Of a stretch of DNA of 64,000 nt, positions 10,120 to 20,410 are shown piece by piece; position 1 is the stretch's first letter; each line of letters starts with the position of its first letter. The stretch covers positions 32,001 to 96,000 of the forward strand of contig JBGAON010000003.1 in NCBI GenBank assembly GCA_044221725.1, in the 5' to 3' direction. A model generated the notes under the pieces. That model searched no databases. It saw nothing but the letters and a program-made list of their open reading frames with translations, and had not been told where the DNA came from. Source of the stretch: Elusimicrobiota bacterium (lineage in GTDB: Bacteria; Elusimicrobiota; Elusimicrobia; F11). The translations under genes were made by a program, and so were the position numbers.

Positions 10120-10290
10120 ATGGACACGAAATCTGTTCGAAAGAAGAAGAAAAATCTTACGCACCGCGACGACACGCCGCTCGGAACCGAATTCCCGGAA
10201 CAGCGCAATGAGCCCGACCGCGGCGATGACAAACGCGGTCCACTGGAAGAAGAGAACGAGGGTGGCATCGTGATCGACGAGGAAAAATAG
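10120..10290 (+). CDS. Small hydrophilic hypothetical protein (56 aa)
   Basis: Strong SD GGAGGAG before ATG 10120; fills the gap between ku and ligD. Confidence 0.55.
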   Translation: MDTKSVRKKKKNLTHRDDTPLGTEFPEQRNEPDRGDDKRGPLEEENEGGIVIDEEK

Positions 10291-10293
10291 ATT

Positions 10294-12753
10294 TTATTCG
10301 GGGAGTGTTTGGCGCGTTTGGAAAAATCCCCGCCAAGCGTCGCCTTGGTGTTCCAGGCGTTCGATGACCGATGTCAAACTGAAGTTCAAAGGTTTCAAAT
10401 CCGTTGTTAGCTCGTCCCACGCGATCGGCATCGAGATGGGGGCCCCCACGCGGGCCCGTGTGGAATACGCACACACGGATGTCGCTCCCCGCCCGTTTCG
10501 AAAATAATCGAGGAAAATCTTTCCCGCCCGTTTCGCTTTGCTCATTGTTGCGAGAACTCTGTTCGGCTCCTGTTTCACAATGTCGTTCGCGATCTTTGCC
10601 GCGTATTCTTTGAAAGCATTCCATTCCTGTACGGGTGTCACCGGCACGACGACGTGCAAGCCTTTTCCTCCGGTCGTTTTTACAAAGCTCATGAGGCCTT
10701 CGTCCGCTAGGCGGTCGCGCACGAGCTTCGCAATCGAAATCAATTCTTTAAACGGCACATCGGGCGCAGGGTCCAGATCGAAAATCAGGCGGTCTGGCTT
10801 CTCGATGTTTTTCTCGGTGGCCGGCCAAGGATGAAACTCGAGCACGCCGAGTTGCACGAGCGACACCAGTCCTTTCGCGTCGTCAATTAAGATGTAAGGC
10901 GCGGTCTTATCTTTCTCTTTGATATCAATTTCGCGCACGGCCTTTGGCGATGACTCCGTGAAGTGTTTCTGAAAAAAGCAGGCCTTCCCTTCTCCGTTCG
11001 GGCAGCGCACGAGCGACATCGGACGGCCTTTCAAATGAGGAATCATCCATGGCGCCACGCGCTCGTAGTATTCGCAAATATCGCGTTTCGTTAAGCCCTG
11101 TTCCGAGTAAAGAATTTTGTCCGGATGCGTGAGCTTTACGCCCGCGACAGTGCCTTTGGACGGCTCTGCTCGCGCGGGGTCGGGTTGCGCTTGCGGGAGC
11201 GCGCGTTCGACGCCCACCTCTTTTGCCTTTTTGTCTTCCCGCAGTCCTTTAAACACCGGATGACGCAGCACGTTGTCGGACGTCCATCCCGAGAAAATTA
11301 CCTCGCAAACGAGTTCGGGCTTTACCCAGGATACATGGCGGCCCAGTTTGTCTTGGATTTTTTCGTGAAACGGACTCGATTTTTCGACGCGTGCCTCGAG
11401 TTCCCGAAAAACGCTTTTTAGCGACGTGTCCGTAAAACCCGTGCCCACGTGTCCGTTGTAAACGAGCTCGCCTTTTTCGTTGTACGTTCCAAGCAGCAGC
11501 GATCCAAAGAACTGGCGGCTTTTTTTGGGTTCGGTGAACCCTCCGATCACAAACTCTTGTTCGTGCACGCATTTGACTTTGACCCAGTCGCGCGAGCGCC
11601 GTTGCACATAGGGGCTGTCGATTTTTTTCGAAATGATGCCTTCGAGCGCGTAGTGGCACGCGTTTTTAAAAACGTCACCGCCGCTTCCTTCGATATGCTC
11701 GCTCAAGCGGACATTCTCGAGCGATGCCGACGCGAGGACCTCTTTCAATTTTTGCTTTCGTTCGATGAGCGGCGTACGCCCCAAATCCATGCCGTCCCAA
11801 AAAGGCATATCAAACACGTAATACACGAGCCTCTTGTCCGTGGAATTCTTTAGCGCGTTCTGCAGCGCTTGAAAATCCGTGGTTCCGTCCTCGCGTTGAA
11901 CGACCACTTCGCCATCAAGGATCGTGTTGTCGAGCGCCAATTTTTGGATTTCGTCGGCGATACGCCGAAAATAATTTGTCCACACTTGGCCGTTGCGCGT
12001 CACGAGCCGAACCTTTCCGTCTTCAATAAACGCGAGAAGGCGATATCCATCAAATTTGATTTCGTGAATCCAATCTCTGCCGATGGGCGCTTGTTCAACA
12101 AGAGTGGCCAATTGCGGCTTAAACGACGTCGGAAATACACTTTTCTTTGCGGAGGCCGGTTTCTTCGGTTGCGCCGCTCGTTTTGAAACGTGATCGGCGA
12201 TTTCGTTCATGGAGCGGCCGGTCGTGACACTTTCTTGATATTTTTCGACGATACCGTCGCGCGTCGACGCGTAACCGTCCTTTTCTTTAACAAGCAGCCA
12301 ATTCTTGCCTTCTTCGGACGCGGCACCGTGCATGCGAATCAGCGCCCAGGTGCCGTGCAAACGTTTTCCCTGAAGCTCGAACACGAGGTGTCCTTTCGCG
12401 TAGCCGGCGTGCGGGTCTCCGATCGGTTTCCAAGATCCGGTGTCCCACAGCATGACGGTGCCGCCGCCGTATTCGCCCTTTGGAATGGTGCCCTCGAAGG
12501 ACCCGTACTCGAGCGGATGATCCTCGACGTGGACCGCGAGTCGCTTGTCGTTGGGGTTCGTGCTTGGGCCTTTCGGAACAGCCCAGCTTTTCAGAACGCC
12601 GTCCAACGCAAGACGAAAATCATAATGAAGTCGACTCGCCGCGTGTTTTTGAATGAGGTAGAGCGTCGAGTCTTTCGGTGATGGACTCCCCTTGGGCTCG
12701 GCGGTCTTTTTGAAGTCACGTTTGCGTTGATATTCACGGAGATTCGTCTTCAT
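10294..12753 (-). CDS. ligD: DNA ligase D (phosphoesterase-ligase-polymerase)
   Basis: PE domain QKHAASRLHYDFRL and SWAVPKGP; ligase EIKFDGYR; polymerase FDLDP and KTTGGKGLH. Confidence 0.96.
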   Translation of the reverse strand: MKTNLREYQRKRDFKKTAEPKGSPSPKDSTLYLIQKHAASRLHYDFRLALDGVLKSWAVPKGPSTNPNDKRLAVHVEDHPLEYGSFEGTIPKGEYGGGTVMLWDTGSWKPIGDPHAGYAKGHLVFELQGKRLHGTWALIRMHGAASEEGKNWLLVKEKDGYASTRDGIVEKYQESVTTGRSMNEIADHVSKRAAQPKKPASAKKSVFPTSFKPQLATLVEQAPIGRDWIHEIKFDGYRLLAFIEDGKVRLVTRNGQVWTNYFRRIADEIQKLALDNTILDGEVVVQREDGTTDFQALQNALKNSTDKRLVYYVFDMPFWDGMDLGRTPLIERKQKLKEVLASASLENVRLSEHIEGSGGDVFKNACHYALEGIISKKIDSPYVQRRSRDWVKVKCVHEQEFVIGGFTEPKKSRQFFGSLLLGTYNEKGELVYNGHVGTGFTDTSLKSVFRELEARVEKSSPFHEKIQDKLGRHVSWVKPELVCEVIFSGWTSDNVLRHPVFKGLREDKKAKEVGVERALPQAQPDPARAEPSKGTVAGVKLTHPDKILYSEQGLTKRDICEYYERVAPWMIPHLKGRPMSLVRCPNGEGKACFFQKHFTESSPKAVREIDIKEKDKTAPYILIDDAKGLVSLVQLGVLEFHPWPATEKNIEKPDRLIFDLDPAPDVPFKELISIAKLVRDRLADEGLMSFVKTTGGKGLHVVVPVTPVQEWNAFKEYAAKIANDIVKQEPNRVLATMSKAKRAGKIFLDYFRNGRGATSVCAYSTRARVGAPISMPIAWDELTTDLKPLNFSLTSVIERLEHQGDAWRGFFQTRQTLPE

Positions 12754-12762
12754 TTAAATTTT

Positions 12763-12818
12763 TACGCGGCTTCGTTTCAAAAGTTCTTGTTGAGAACCTT
12801 TTGTCCCAGCTTAACGTA
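12763..12818. promoter_or_regulatory. Divergent pair of ECF promoters (ligD / DUF748)
   Basis: Minus strand GAAC-N16-CGTA (12786-12763), 9 nt before ligD; plus strand GAAC-N17-CGTA (12794-12818), 9 nt before ATG 12828. Confidence 0.8.
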
Positions 12819-12827
12819 CCGAAATGT

Positions 12828-13904
12828 ATGAAGGTGAGCCGCTTAAAGAAAATATGGTGGTTTCTGGTTATCCCGATCATTTTGTTGGTTGTTGCGCGGC
12901 TCTGTCTTTCGCCGTTTCTTAAGTGGTACGTTAACCGAACGCTCGACAAAATTCCCGGTTATTACGGGAAAATCGAAAACGTGCGCGTGCATTTGTGGCG
13001 CGGCGCCTATGAAATTGACGAGCTTAAACTGCTGAAAGTGAAGGGCCAGGAGCGCGTTCCGTTTTTCTCGCTGCGACACGCCGATCTTTCCATTCAATGG
13101 CGCGAACTGTTTCACGGCGCGTTGGTGGGAAAAATTATATTGGAGAAGCCGGATCTCAATTTTATTGTCGCTCCCTCCGCGGAAGAAAGTCAAACCTCAA
13201 TAGATGAAAGCTGGCAGGACCGCGTGCAAGAGTTGTTTCCGGTAGACATTAATTATTTTCACATTGAGAATGGCTCGATTCACTTTCAAAACCTCGCAGC
13301 CAATCCCCCGGTGGACGTTTATATGACCGATTTTTCCGCGACGGCAGAAAACCTTTCAAACAGCCGCAAGCGCTACGAGAAATTGATGGCAACGCTGGTG
13401 GCGCATGGAAAGGTGATGCAACAAGGTGTGTTTGATTTTAACGTGAAGTTTAATCCGTTCGAGACGCAGCCCACGTTTCAACTGCAAGCGGTGATCAATC
13501 AGTTGCGGCTGCCGGCGGTCAATTCGTTTTTAAAACATTACGCCGGTGTCGAAGCAAAAAAGGGCACCATCAACCTGTATTCCGAAATGGCCGCCAAAGA
13601 GGGGGGCTTCCGCGGATACGCGAAGCCTTTTATGCACGACCTGGAGTTCGCGAGCTTTCCGGAGAAGGATTTGAAATTCTCCGAGAAGGTTAAAGGTATG
13701 TTCGCTAATTTCGCAGCGTGGTTGCTTAAAAATCCCAAGAAACAATCCGATGCATCCAAAATAGAGTTCTCGGGTCGCTTTGACGCGCCGAAGATCCGCA
13801 CGTGGGAAGCCATCAAATTTGCGTTTCACCACGCCTATGTTCAGGCGCTATCACCGCGGCTCGAACACACGATCACCGAGAATACCGGAAAGCCCAAGAA
13901 ATAA
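12828..13904 (+). CDS. DUF748/AsmA-like membrane-anchored protein
   Basis: N-terminal TM followed by HLWRGAY and DLSIQWRELFHG motifs. Start moved to ATG 12828, downstream of the promoter. Confidence 0.7.
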   Translation: MKVSRLKKIWWFLVIPIILLVVARLCLSPFLKWYVNRTLDKIPGYYGKIENVRVHLWRGAYEIDELKLLKVKGQERVPFFSLRHADLSIQWRELFHGALVGKIILEKPDLNFIVAPSAEESQTSIDESWQDRVQELFPVDINYFHIENGSIHFQNLAANPPVDVYMTDFSATAENLSNSRKRYEKLMATLVAHGKVMQQGVFDFNVKFNPFETQPTFQLQAVINQLRLPAVNSFLKHYAGVEAKKGTINLYSEMAAKEGGFRGYAKPFMHDLEFASFPEKDLKFSEKVKGMFANFAAWLLKNPKKQSDASKIEFSGRFDAPKIRTWEAIKFAFHHAYVQALSPRLEHTITENTGKPKK

Positions 13905-13908
13905 CGTC

Positions 13909-14574
13909 TTACAACTGTCCCGCTTCCGCCGCTTTCTTTAGTTTGTCGTTCGCAAAGATCGCCACTTCGACGCGCCGATTCGCCTGGCGTCCGATCGCCG
14001 TGTTGTTGTCGGCCACGGGATTGTCTTCGCCATGGCCCACCGCCATAATGCGGGTCGGGTCGACGTTCTGAGTTTTCAAATAGGTTGATACGGCGTTTGC
14101 TCGATTTTCCGACAACGCGCGGTTGTATTGCGCGTTTCCGGTCGAATCCGTGTTGCCTTCCACAAGAACCTGCGTGTCTTTGTATTTGTTCATGGTTTTC
14201 GCCAGCTCGTTCAAGTTCGCCGCGGCGACCGGTTGGAGCTGCGCCGAATCGGAGGTGAACAAGATGCCCGAGTTAAATGTGATTTTGATTCCTTCCCCGA
14301 CGCGTTCGACTTTTGCGTTTTTCAAATCACGGCGCAGATCTTCCGCTTGTTTGTCCATATAGTGGCCGATGCTCGCCCCGGTAATTCCGCCGATGGTGGC
14401 TCCGAGAATAGCACCAACGGCCGTGTTCCCGGCCTGTTTGCCGATCACGCCGCCGATGGCGCCGCCGGCTCCCGCGCCAATCACGCCGCCTTTCGTTGTG
14501 CGGTTCATGCTCGAGCAACTTGTTAGAAATGGAATCAAGATCCCGCTCAACACAAATGTCTGGACTGTTTTCAT
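13909..14574 (-). CDS. OmpA-family lipoprotein with glycine zipper (YiaD-like)
   Basis: Lipobox LTSC; glycine zipper; EGNTDSTG, LSENRANAV and NRRVE motifs. Confidence 0.9.
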   Translation of the reverse strand: MKTVQTFVLSGILIPFLTSCSSMNRTTKGGVIGAGAGGAIGGVIGKQAGNTAVGAILGATIGGITGASIGHYMDKQAEDLRRDLKNAKVERVGEGIKITFNSGILFTSDSAQLQPVAAANLNELAKTMNKYKDTQVLVEGNTDSTGNAQYNRALSENRANAVSTYLKTQNVDPTRIMAVGHGEDNPVADNNTAIGRQANRRVEVAIFANDKLKKAAEAGQL

Positions 14575-14606
14575 GGTTTCACCTCGCAGTTTTCGTCTAG
14601 AAAAAC

Positions 14607-14663
14607 TACGCGGTATCACGAAAATGGTTCTAAACCGTTGAACTTTCAGAAATGACCATCGTA
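14607..14663. promoter_or_regulatory. Divergent pair of ECF promoters (OmpA / BON)
   Basis: Minus strand GAAC-N16-CGTA (14630-14607); plus strand GAAC-N16-CGTA (14640-14663). Confidence 0.8.
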
Positions 14664-14703
14664 AAGGTGGTTAACCGCTCGACTTGAGCGAATGGAGGAA
14701 ATT

Positions 14704-15492
14704 ATGAAGAGATTGAATTCCAGCATAATGGGATTGGCCGTGCTCATTGGAGCTTCCACGGTAATGGCCGCGGACATGGACAACCAAATCGAGAATAGTT
14801 TCAAAAATTCTTACACGTACAAGACGTATTTGAAAGACGACAGTATCAGCATGGATTCAAAGAACGGCGTTGTTACATTAAAAGGCAAAGTGGTTGATGC
14901 GTCGCATCGCTCGTTGGCCGAAGAAACGGCGGCTGAACTTCCCGGTGTGAAAAAAGTAGACAACCAGTTGGCTTACGGCGGGGATAAAGCCAATGACAGC
15001 TCGGACACCTGGCTCGCCACGAAAATCAAGTCAACGCTTCTGTTCCATAAAAACGTGAGCGCCACAAGCACGCAAGTGGACGTGAAGAACGGTGTGGCAT
15101 TTCTGAAAGGAACGGCAGAAAACGAAGCGCAAAAAGATTTAACGGCGGAGTACGCGAGATCGGTAGAAGGCGTGAAAGACGTAAAAAACGACATCACGGT
15201 TAACCCGCCGAACAACGCCAACAATGCCGGCAATACCGCGTCGGTAAACGACAATCGCAGTATCGGCGAGACGATCGATGACTCCTCCATTACCGCGCAG
15301 GTGAAACTGACGCTCATGTATCACAAATCCACAAGCGCCATGCGCACCAGCGTGAAAACGAAAGATGGTGTCGTAACGCTTCGTGGAAAAGCTCAGAACC
15401 CGGCGGAGAGAGACCTCGTAACGAAACTCGTGAGCGACGTGAAAGGCGTAAAAAGCGTCAACAACGAAATGACGGTCGAGAACAAAGCCTAG
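14704..15492 (+). CDS. Triple BON-domain periplasmic protein (OsmY-like)
   Basis: Signal peptide; three G.V.LxG...GVK.V.N repeats; SD GGAGG. Confidence 0.9.
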   Translation: MKRLNSSIMGLAVLIGASTVMAADMDNQIENSFKNSYTYKTYLKDDSISMDSKNGVVTLKGKVVDASHRSLAEETAAELPGVKKVDNQLAYGGDKANDSSDTWLATKIKSTLLFHKNVSATSTQVDVKNGVAFLKGTAENEAQKDLTAEYARSVEGVKDVKNDITVNPPNNANNAGNTASVNDNRSIGETIDDSSITAQVKLTLMYHKSTSAMRTSVKTKDGVVTLRGKAQNPAERDLVTKLVSDVKGVKSVNNEMTVENKA

Positions 15493-15518
15493 GTCGTCGG
15501 GGCCGGGATGACGGATTT

Positions 15519-17501
15519 TTATTCGTAGCGCAGCGCTTCGATTGGCGACAAAAGCGACGCTTTTCGGGCGGGCCAGAAGCCGAACACGATTCCGGTGCTC
15601 GCCGAAAAAACGAAGGCGAGCAACACCGAGTCGATCGAAACAACGGCGGCCCAGCCCGCGAGCGTCGACATCACGAACGAAACGCTTGAGCCGAGAAGGA
15701 TCCCCATAAGTCCACCGACGAGCGAGAGCGCTCCGGCTTCAATCAAAAATTGGGTAAGAATCGCGCGTCGCGTGGCGCCCACCGCCTTTCGCAAACCGAT
15801 CTCGCGTGTGCGCTCGCTGACCGACACGAGCATGATGTTCATGATGCCAATGCCGCCAACCAACAGCGAAATTGCCGCCACAATTCCGAGCAACAGTGTG
15901 AACGTCTGCGTGGTGCCAGCCAACGCCGCTTGAATATCGGCCATGTTGCGGATCGTAAAATCGTTTTCTTTAAAGGCCGGCAACCGGTGACGACGCCGCA
16001 TCAATGTTTCAATGTCGGTCATCACATTCGGGATATAGTGGCCTGACTCACATTCAATTGCGATTGTGTTTAAATATTTTTTACCGAGCACGCGTTTCAT
16101 CGCGGTGTTAAGCGGCATCACGATCACATCATCCTGATCGCGGAAGCCACCGGCTCCTTTCACCGGCAACACGCCGATCACGAGAAAGTTGATTCGGTTG
16201 ATCTTGATGGTTTGGCCAACCGGGTTTTCGTTTCCGAACAAGTTGTTCACAACGGTTTGTCCCAGCAAAGCAACGCGCGCCAGCGATTGATTTTCCTGAT
16301 CCGTATAAAATCGGCCGAAATAGGGGGATGCGTTGCGCATGGGCGCGTACAGCGGCGTGGTTCCGGTCGCCGACGTGTTGACGTTCTTGTCTTTGTAAAC
16401 GACTTGCACGGAACCATTGACATTTCCGTCGACGTGCAGCACGTGAGGGATTTTCTGAATATCTTTCACATCTTCCATGGTCAGGCGACTGTAATTGCCA
16501 AGTTCGCCGCGGACGCCCTGACTGGAGGGGGCTTCGGGCATAAGCATCAACAGGTTTGAGCCGAGACTGGACAAGCGTGCTTCGATGGCTTGCTGCGCGC
16601 CTTTGCCGATGGCGAGCATGGCGATCACAGCGCCCACACCAATTAAAATTCCGAGCACCGACAGGCCGCTGCGCACTTTATTGGCGGACATGGCCCGGAT
16701 GGCCGATATTAGGTGCTCACGAAATTCGGCAATGCGTGACCACACTGTGTCTTTCGCAGCGGCATTTCCTTTTCCGCGTGCTGTGGTGTTCGGTTCATGC
16801 GAGACACCGCGCGATGGTTTTTGGTTTTTGTTTATTTCGTCCGACACAATCTCGCCGTCTTTTAGCCGAATGATGCGTTTCGCGTGTTCGGCAATGTCCG
16901 GCTCGTGCGTCACCATCACAATCGTGATGCCGCTTTTGTTCAACGATTTGAGCTTTTGCAAAATTTCTTCGGCCTGGTCCGACGCAAGATTGCCCGTTGG
17001 TTCATCCGCAAAAACAATGCGAGGCTGGTTCACGAGCGAGCGCGCGATCGCTACGCGTTGTTGCTGTCCGCCCGAAAGTTGATTTGGCTTGTGGTCCATA
17101 CGGTCCGCGAGGCCGACATCTCTCAAAAGCTCTTTCGCGCGTTCCTGTCGGTCGGCCACCGCCGAATAAATCATCGGCAAAATGACGTTGTCGAGCGCCG
17201 ATGTGCGCGCCAGCAAATTGAACATCTGAAAAATAAAACCGATGGTTTGCGAGCGAATAATGGCGCCTTCGTCATCTGACAAACGCGATACATCTTTACC
17301 GAGGAGGAGATATTTGCCGGACGTCGGCCGGTCCAGCAGTCCGAGGATTTGCATCAGCGTCGATTTGCCGGAGCCGGACGGGCCCATGATCGCCACGAAC
17401 TCGCCTTCGTCGATTGTGAGGTTAATGTGTTTAAGGACTTTCAGTTCCGCCCCAGCGACCTCATAAGACCGCGTGATATTTTCTAATTCGATCAGAGGCA
17501 T
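15519..17501 (-). CDS. macB: MacB-type ABC transporter (fused ATPase and permease)
   Basis: GPSGSGKST, LSGGQQQR, GGIGIMNIMLVSV and PIEALRYE motifs. Confidence 0.9.
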   Translation of the reverse strand: MPLIELENITRSYEVAGAELKVLKHINLTIDEGEFVAIMGPSGSGKSTLMQILGLLDRPTSGKYLLLGKDVSRLSDDEGAIIRSQTIGFIFQMFNLLARTSALDNVILPMIYSAVADRQERAKELLRDVGLADRMDHKPNQLSGGQQQRVAIARSLVNQPRIVFADEPTGNLASDQAEEILQKLKSLNKSGITIVMVTHEPDIAEHAKRIIRLKDGEIVSDEINKNQKPSRGVSHEPNTTARGKGNAAAKDTVWSRIAEFREHLISAIRAMSANKVRSGLSVLGILIGVGAVIAMLAIGKGAQQAIEARLSSLGSNLLMLMPEAPSSQGVRGELGNYSRLTMEDVKDIQKIPHVLHVDGNVNGSVQVVYKDKNVNTSATGTTPLYAPMRNASPYFGRFYTDQENQSLARVALLGQTVVNNLFGNENPVGQTIKINRINFLVIGVLPVKGAGGFRDQDDVIVMPLNTAMKRVLGKKYLNTIAIECESGHYIPNVMTDIETLMRRRHRLPAFKENDFTIRNMADIQAALAGTTQTFTLLLGIVAAISLLVGGIGIMNIMLVSVSERTREIGLRKAVGATRRAILTQFLIEAGALSLVGGLMGILLGSSVSFVMSTLAGWAAVVSIDSVLLAFVFSASTGIVFGFWPARKASLLSPIEALRYE

Positions 17502-17502
17502 G

Positions 17503-18498
17503 TTACCGCCCGCCACTTCTCCCGGACCCTCCGCCGGATCCGCCGCGCTGTTGTTGCGATCGATTTCCCATCGTGAGCGGACTGGTCTGTGGCCCTTTCT
17601 GCACCGCATATTTTTTTGAGGACAAAAGAATCGTGTCTCCGGCGTTCAATCCGGAAGTTACCTCGATGTTCGGCCCACTTTCGATGCCCGTCTCAATAAC
17701 TTTCGGAACCGGTTTGTTTTTTTCGCCAGGAACGAGAACACGTTTTTCACCATCGCGATCTTGCACGGCCGTCGAGGGAATGAGCACCACGTTTTCTTTT
17801 TGACGCACAATGAGACTGACGTTGGCCGTCATTTGCGAACGGAAGAACGGCGGGATTTTTTTGGGCTCAATTTTTACATCGTACGTGATGACGTTCGATA
17901 CGTTTTTTCCTTCGTGCAAAATTTGAAACACTTTTCCGTCGATATTTTGGTCGGCGTATGCGTCCAGTGTGATGCGCGCCGACATGTTCATTTTCACCTT
18001 CCCAATATCCGCTTCGTCCACTTGAGCAACCACAATCAGCTTGTCCGACATCGCGAACAACACGGTAGAGGCGTCAACGGTTTGGCCGATCACAATGTTG
18101 CGCAAAATGATCACACCCGATAACGGGGCCAGCACCGGTGTCGGTTTGTACGCGTCTTGCCAATATTTGTATTCGTCGGGGCCTTGTGCGCGCGCCGCAT
18201 CCAAGATGGCGGCGCGGTCGCTCGAAGAAAGCCAGGCAAGAATGTCGCCGGCTTTGACGGTGGCGCCTTCATCAAAAAGCAGTTTCTCAATGCGGCCTGG
18301 GATCGGTGGCTTAATCTCGACACGATTTAGCGGCGATACTTCGCCGGTCGCTTCGACGGTTTCCTCTATATCGCCGGTCGTTGCTGTGATGGTTTGCATT
18401 TCCAACCGCGGGTCGCGGCTTTTCTTTGAGATCCTCCACGCGGCGGCGCTCGCAATCGCGAGCACGACGATAAGTATCAACGGCCATTTCTTTTTCAT
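17503..18498 (-). CDS. MacA-like periplasmic adaptor (MFP)
   Basis: N-terminal TM; lipoyl-like G.I.K and APLSG motifs; VDEADIG. Confidence 0.85.
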   Translation of the reverse strand: MKKKWPLILIVVLAIASAAAWRISKKSRDPRLEMQTITATTGDIEETVEATGEVSPLNRVEIKPPIPGRIEKLLFDEGATVKAGDILAWLSSSDRAAILDAARAQGPDEYKYWQDAYKPTPVLAPLSGVIILRNIVIGQTVDASTVLFAMSDKLIVVAQVDEADIGKVKMNMSARITLDAYADQNIDGKVFQILHEGKNVSNVITYDVKIEPKKIPPFFRSQMTANVSLIVRQKENVVLIPSTAVQDRDGEKRVLVPGEKNKPVPKVIETGIESGPNIEVTSGLNAGDTILLSSKKYAVQKGPQTSPLTMGNRSQQQRGGSGGGSGRSGGR

Positions 18499-19751
18499 AG
18501 AGGTTTTTGCAACTCCTTTCCTAAGGCTTTCATCCATTGGGCTTCGGCAACGACGGCGTCGCGCTGAGCACGCACCAACGTTTGTTCAAACGTCACACGT
18601 GTGGTCACGATCTGTTCCCAATTTTCGTACGTTAAGAGTCCATTCGAATAGCGGATATCGGCTTCGCCGTTTTGTTGGCGCGATGCTTCGAGAAATGCGG
18701 TTTGCACGGTCACTTGATCCTCGGCACCGACAAGATTCGCCCACACTGTTTCAAAGTTGCTGAGAACTTGGTTTCGGGTGGAGCGAAGATTTTGCTCGGC
18801 GCCTTCGAGTGCGCGTTTTGAGCCCGATACCGAATAGTACGCGGCGGTCGGACCTCCCGCGAACAGCGGATAACGGACGACGCCGGAGGCGGTCCAATTC
18901 ATTCCGGTGGGGAAGTAGTCGGGTCCTTGGTAAGAGCGATTGTAATTAGCGGACAGTGTGGGCCACAGAGCGCTTTTTGATTTTTGCACATTTGCAAGGG
19001 CGGTCTCCACGTTCGCTAGTTGAACCCGAACCGTCGGATGATTGTCCACAAGCGTTTTAAAATCTTGTCGCTCTTCGGTCGCGGTCGTGACCGTGAGCGT
19101 GCCCGTTCCAATATGCGCGACGAACTCATCTTCGCCCAGTTGATGACCAAGCTCTTGTTGGGCGGCCCGTAGGTCGCGGTACGACTGTTCCAAGTCTGCC
19201 TTTGCGCTTAGCAGCTCGGCTTTCGCACGCATCATGTTTCCTTTTGATTCACGTCCCGAGTTGTAGCGCAAGTTCACCATCTTTGAATTTCGGTCGCGGA
19301 TCTCGAGAATTGTCTTGGACACATCAATTTGTTTCTGCGCGTACAATAATTGTGTGAACGCCTGACGCAAACCAAACCGGGTATTTGAAGACACAACACG
19401 ATAATTCGCCACCGACCGTTCGTATTCCGCGGATGCCGCGTGGATGTTCGCAAACGCCGATTGATCAAAAATGTCCCATGTGGCCGAGGCGCCGGCGCCC
19501 CAGCGGCCGCTTCCATCATCGAAACGAAAACGGTTGTAGCTGGAGGAGAGATTGAGTTTTGGCATCACGCCGTTGTAGCTGCCTTTGTATTGCGCGCGGT
19601 TGGCTTCGACGCTGCGCTGGGCCGAAATTTGGTCGGGGTTGTTGTCGACGGCAATTCGCTCACAATCGTCCCAGGTTAATACCGGTTCCGCAGACGCGAC
19701 CGTGGATAAGATAGGAAGTGAGAGAAGAGCGAAAAATACGGATGGCTTCAT
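18495..19751 (-). CDS. TolC-family outer-membrane efflux protein
   Basis: Signal peptide; duplicated P.LxL / PLFAGG / RY.(S/N)G pattern; first gene of the MacAB operon. Confidence 0.88.
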   Translation of the reverse strand: MKPSVFFALLSLPILSTVASAEPVLTWDDCERIAVDNNPDQISAQRSVEANRAQYKGSYNGVMPKLNLSSSYNRFRFDDGSGRWGAGASATWDIFDQSAFANIHAASAEYERSVANYRVVSSNTRFGLRQAFTQLLYAQKQIDVSKTILEIRDRNSKMVNLRYNSGRESKGNMMRAKAELLSAKADLEQSYRDLRAAQQELGHQLGEDEFVAHIGTGTLTVTTATEERQDFKTLVDNHPTVRVQLANVETALANVQKSKSALWPTLSANYNRSYQGPDYFPTGMNWTASGVVRYPLFAGGPTAAYYSVSGSKRALEGAEQNLRSTRNQVLSNFETVWANLVGAEDQVTVQTAFLEASRQQNGEADIRYSNGLLTYENWEQIVTTRVTFEQTLVRAQRDAVVAEAQWMKALGKELQKPL

Positions 19752-19759
19752 ATTACATA

Positions 19760-19784
19760 GACGTTCCAATCGATAAAAAGTGTC
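19760..19784 (-). promoter_or_regulatory. ECF promoter GACAC-N16-CGTC of tolC-macAB
   Basis: GACAC tttttatcgattggaa CGTC, 8 nt before ATG 19751. A second copy lies at 20362-20387. Confidence 0.65.
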
Positions 19785-19817
19785 AGATTTCTTTGACTTT
19801 AGGCAAAATGACGAACC

Positions 19818-20393
19818 ATGTCAGTCAGCAACGATTTGAATGTCGTTCGATCGGTTCGAAATGGAAACGTTGAGGATTACGCGTTGCTCGTACGCGAACA
19901 TCAATCTCGCGTCATTTCGTTCTGTTTCAACTTGCTAAGGAACATCGCCGAAGCGGAAGACGCTGCCCAAGACATTTTTGTGAAGGCTTATTCTTCGCTG
20001 GATCAATTTCGCGGCGAATCCTCATTTTCAACCTGGATCTGCCGGATCGCGCACAACCATTGCTTGGATATTTTGCGCCGAAAATCGCGTCAAAAAACGG
20101 ACTCTCTCGACCAATTGATGGAAGATCGGCCCGCGACCGCCGAGGCCCTGTTTGCCTCAACTCCGTCTCCTAATAATAAGGAGGAACGTTTCCTTCTCGA
20201 AGAAGCGCTCGCCTCCTTGGGCAACGACGCGCGCGAAATCCTTACGCTGCGGGAAGTGGGTGGTTTGACTTACGACGAGATTGCCGGGCAATTAAATTGC
20301 TCAATTGACGCGGTGAAATCGCGCCTCAAGCGCGCACGACAAGAGCTTCAGCAAAAAGCGCGACACTTTTTGGGTTCATCCAACGTCCAATAG
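19818..20393 (+). CDS. ECF sigma factor (SigW/RpoE-like)
   Basis: AEDAAQDIF, FSTWICRIAHN and VKSRLKRAR motifs. Confidence 0.92.
   Translation: MSVSNDLNVVRSVRNGNVEDYALLVREHQSRVISFCFNLLRNIAEAEDAAQDIFVKAYSSLDQFRGESSFSTWICRIAHNHCLDILRRKSRQKTDSLDQLMEDRPATAEALFASTPSPNNKEERFLLEEALASLGNDAREILTLREVGGLTYDEIAGQLNCSIDAVKSRLKRARQELQQKARHFLGSSNVQ
20362..20387 (+). promoter_or_regulatory. Internal ECF promoter GACAC-N17-CGTC upstream of the anti-sigma gene
   Basis: GACAC tttttgggttcatccaa CGTC in the 3' end of the sigma gene. Confidence 0.6.
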
Positions 20394-20410
20394 ATAGCAA
20401 GGAGAAGAAT

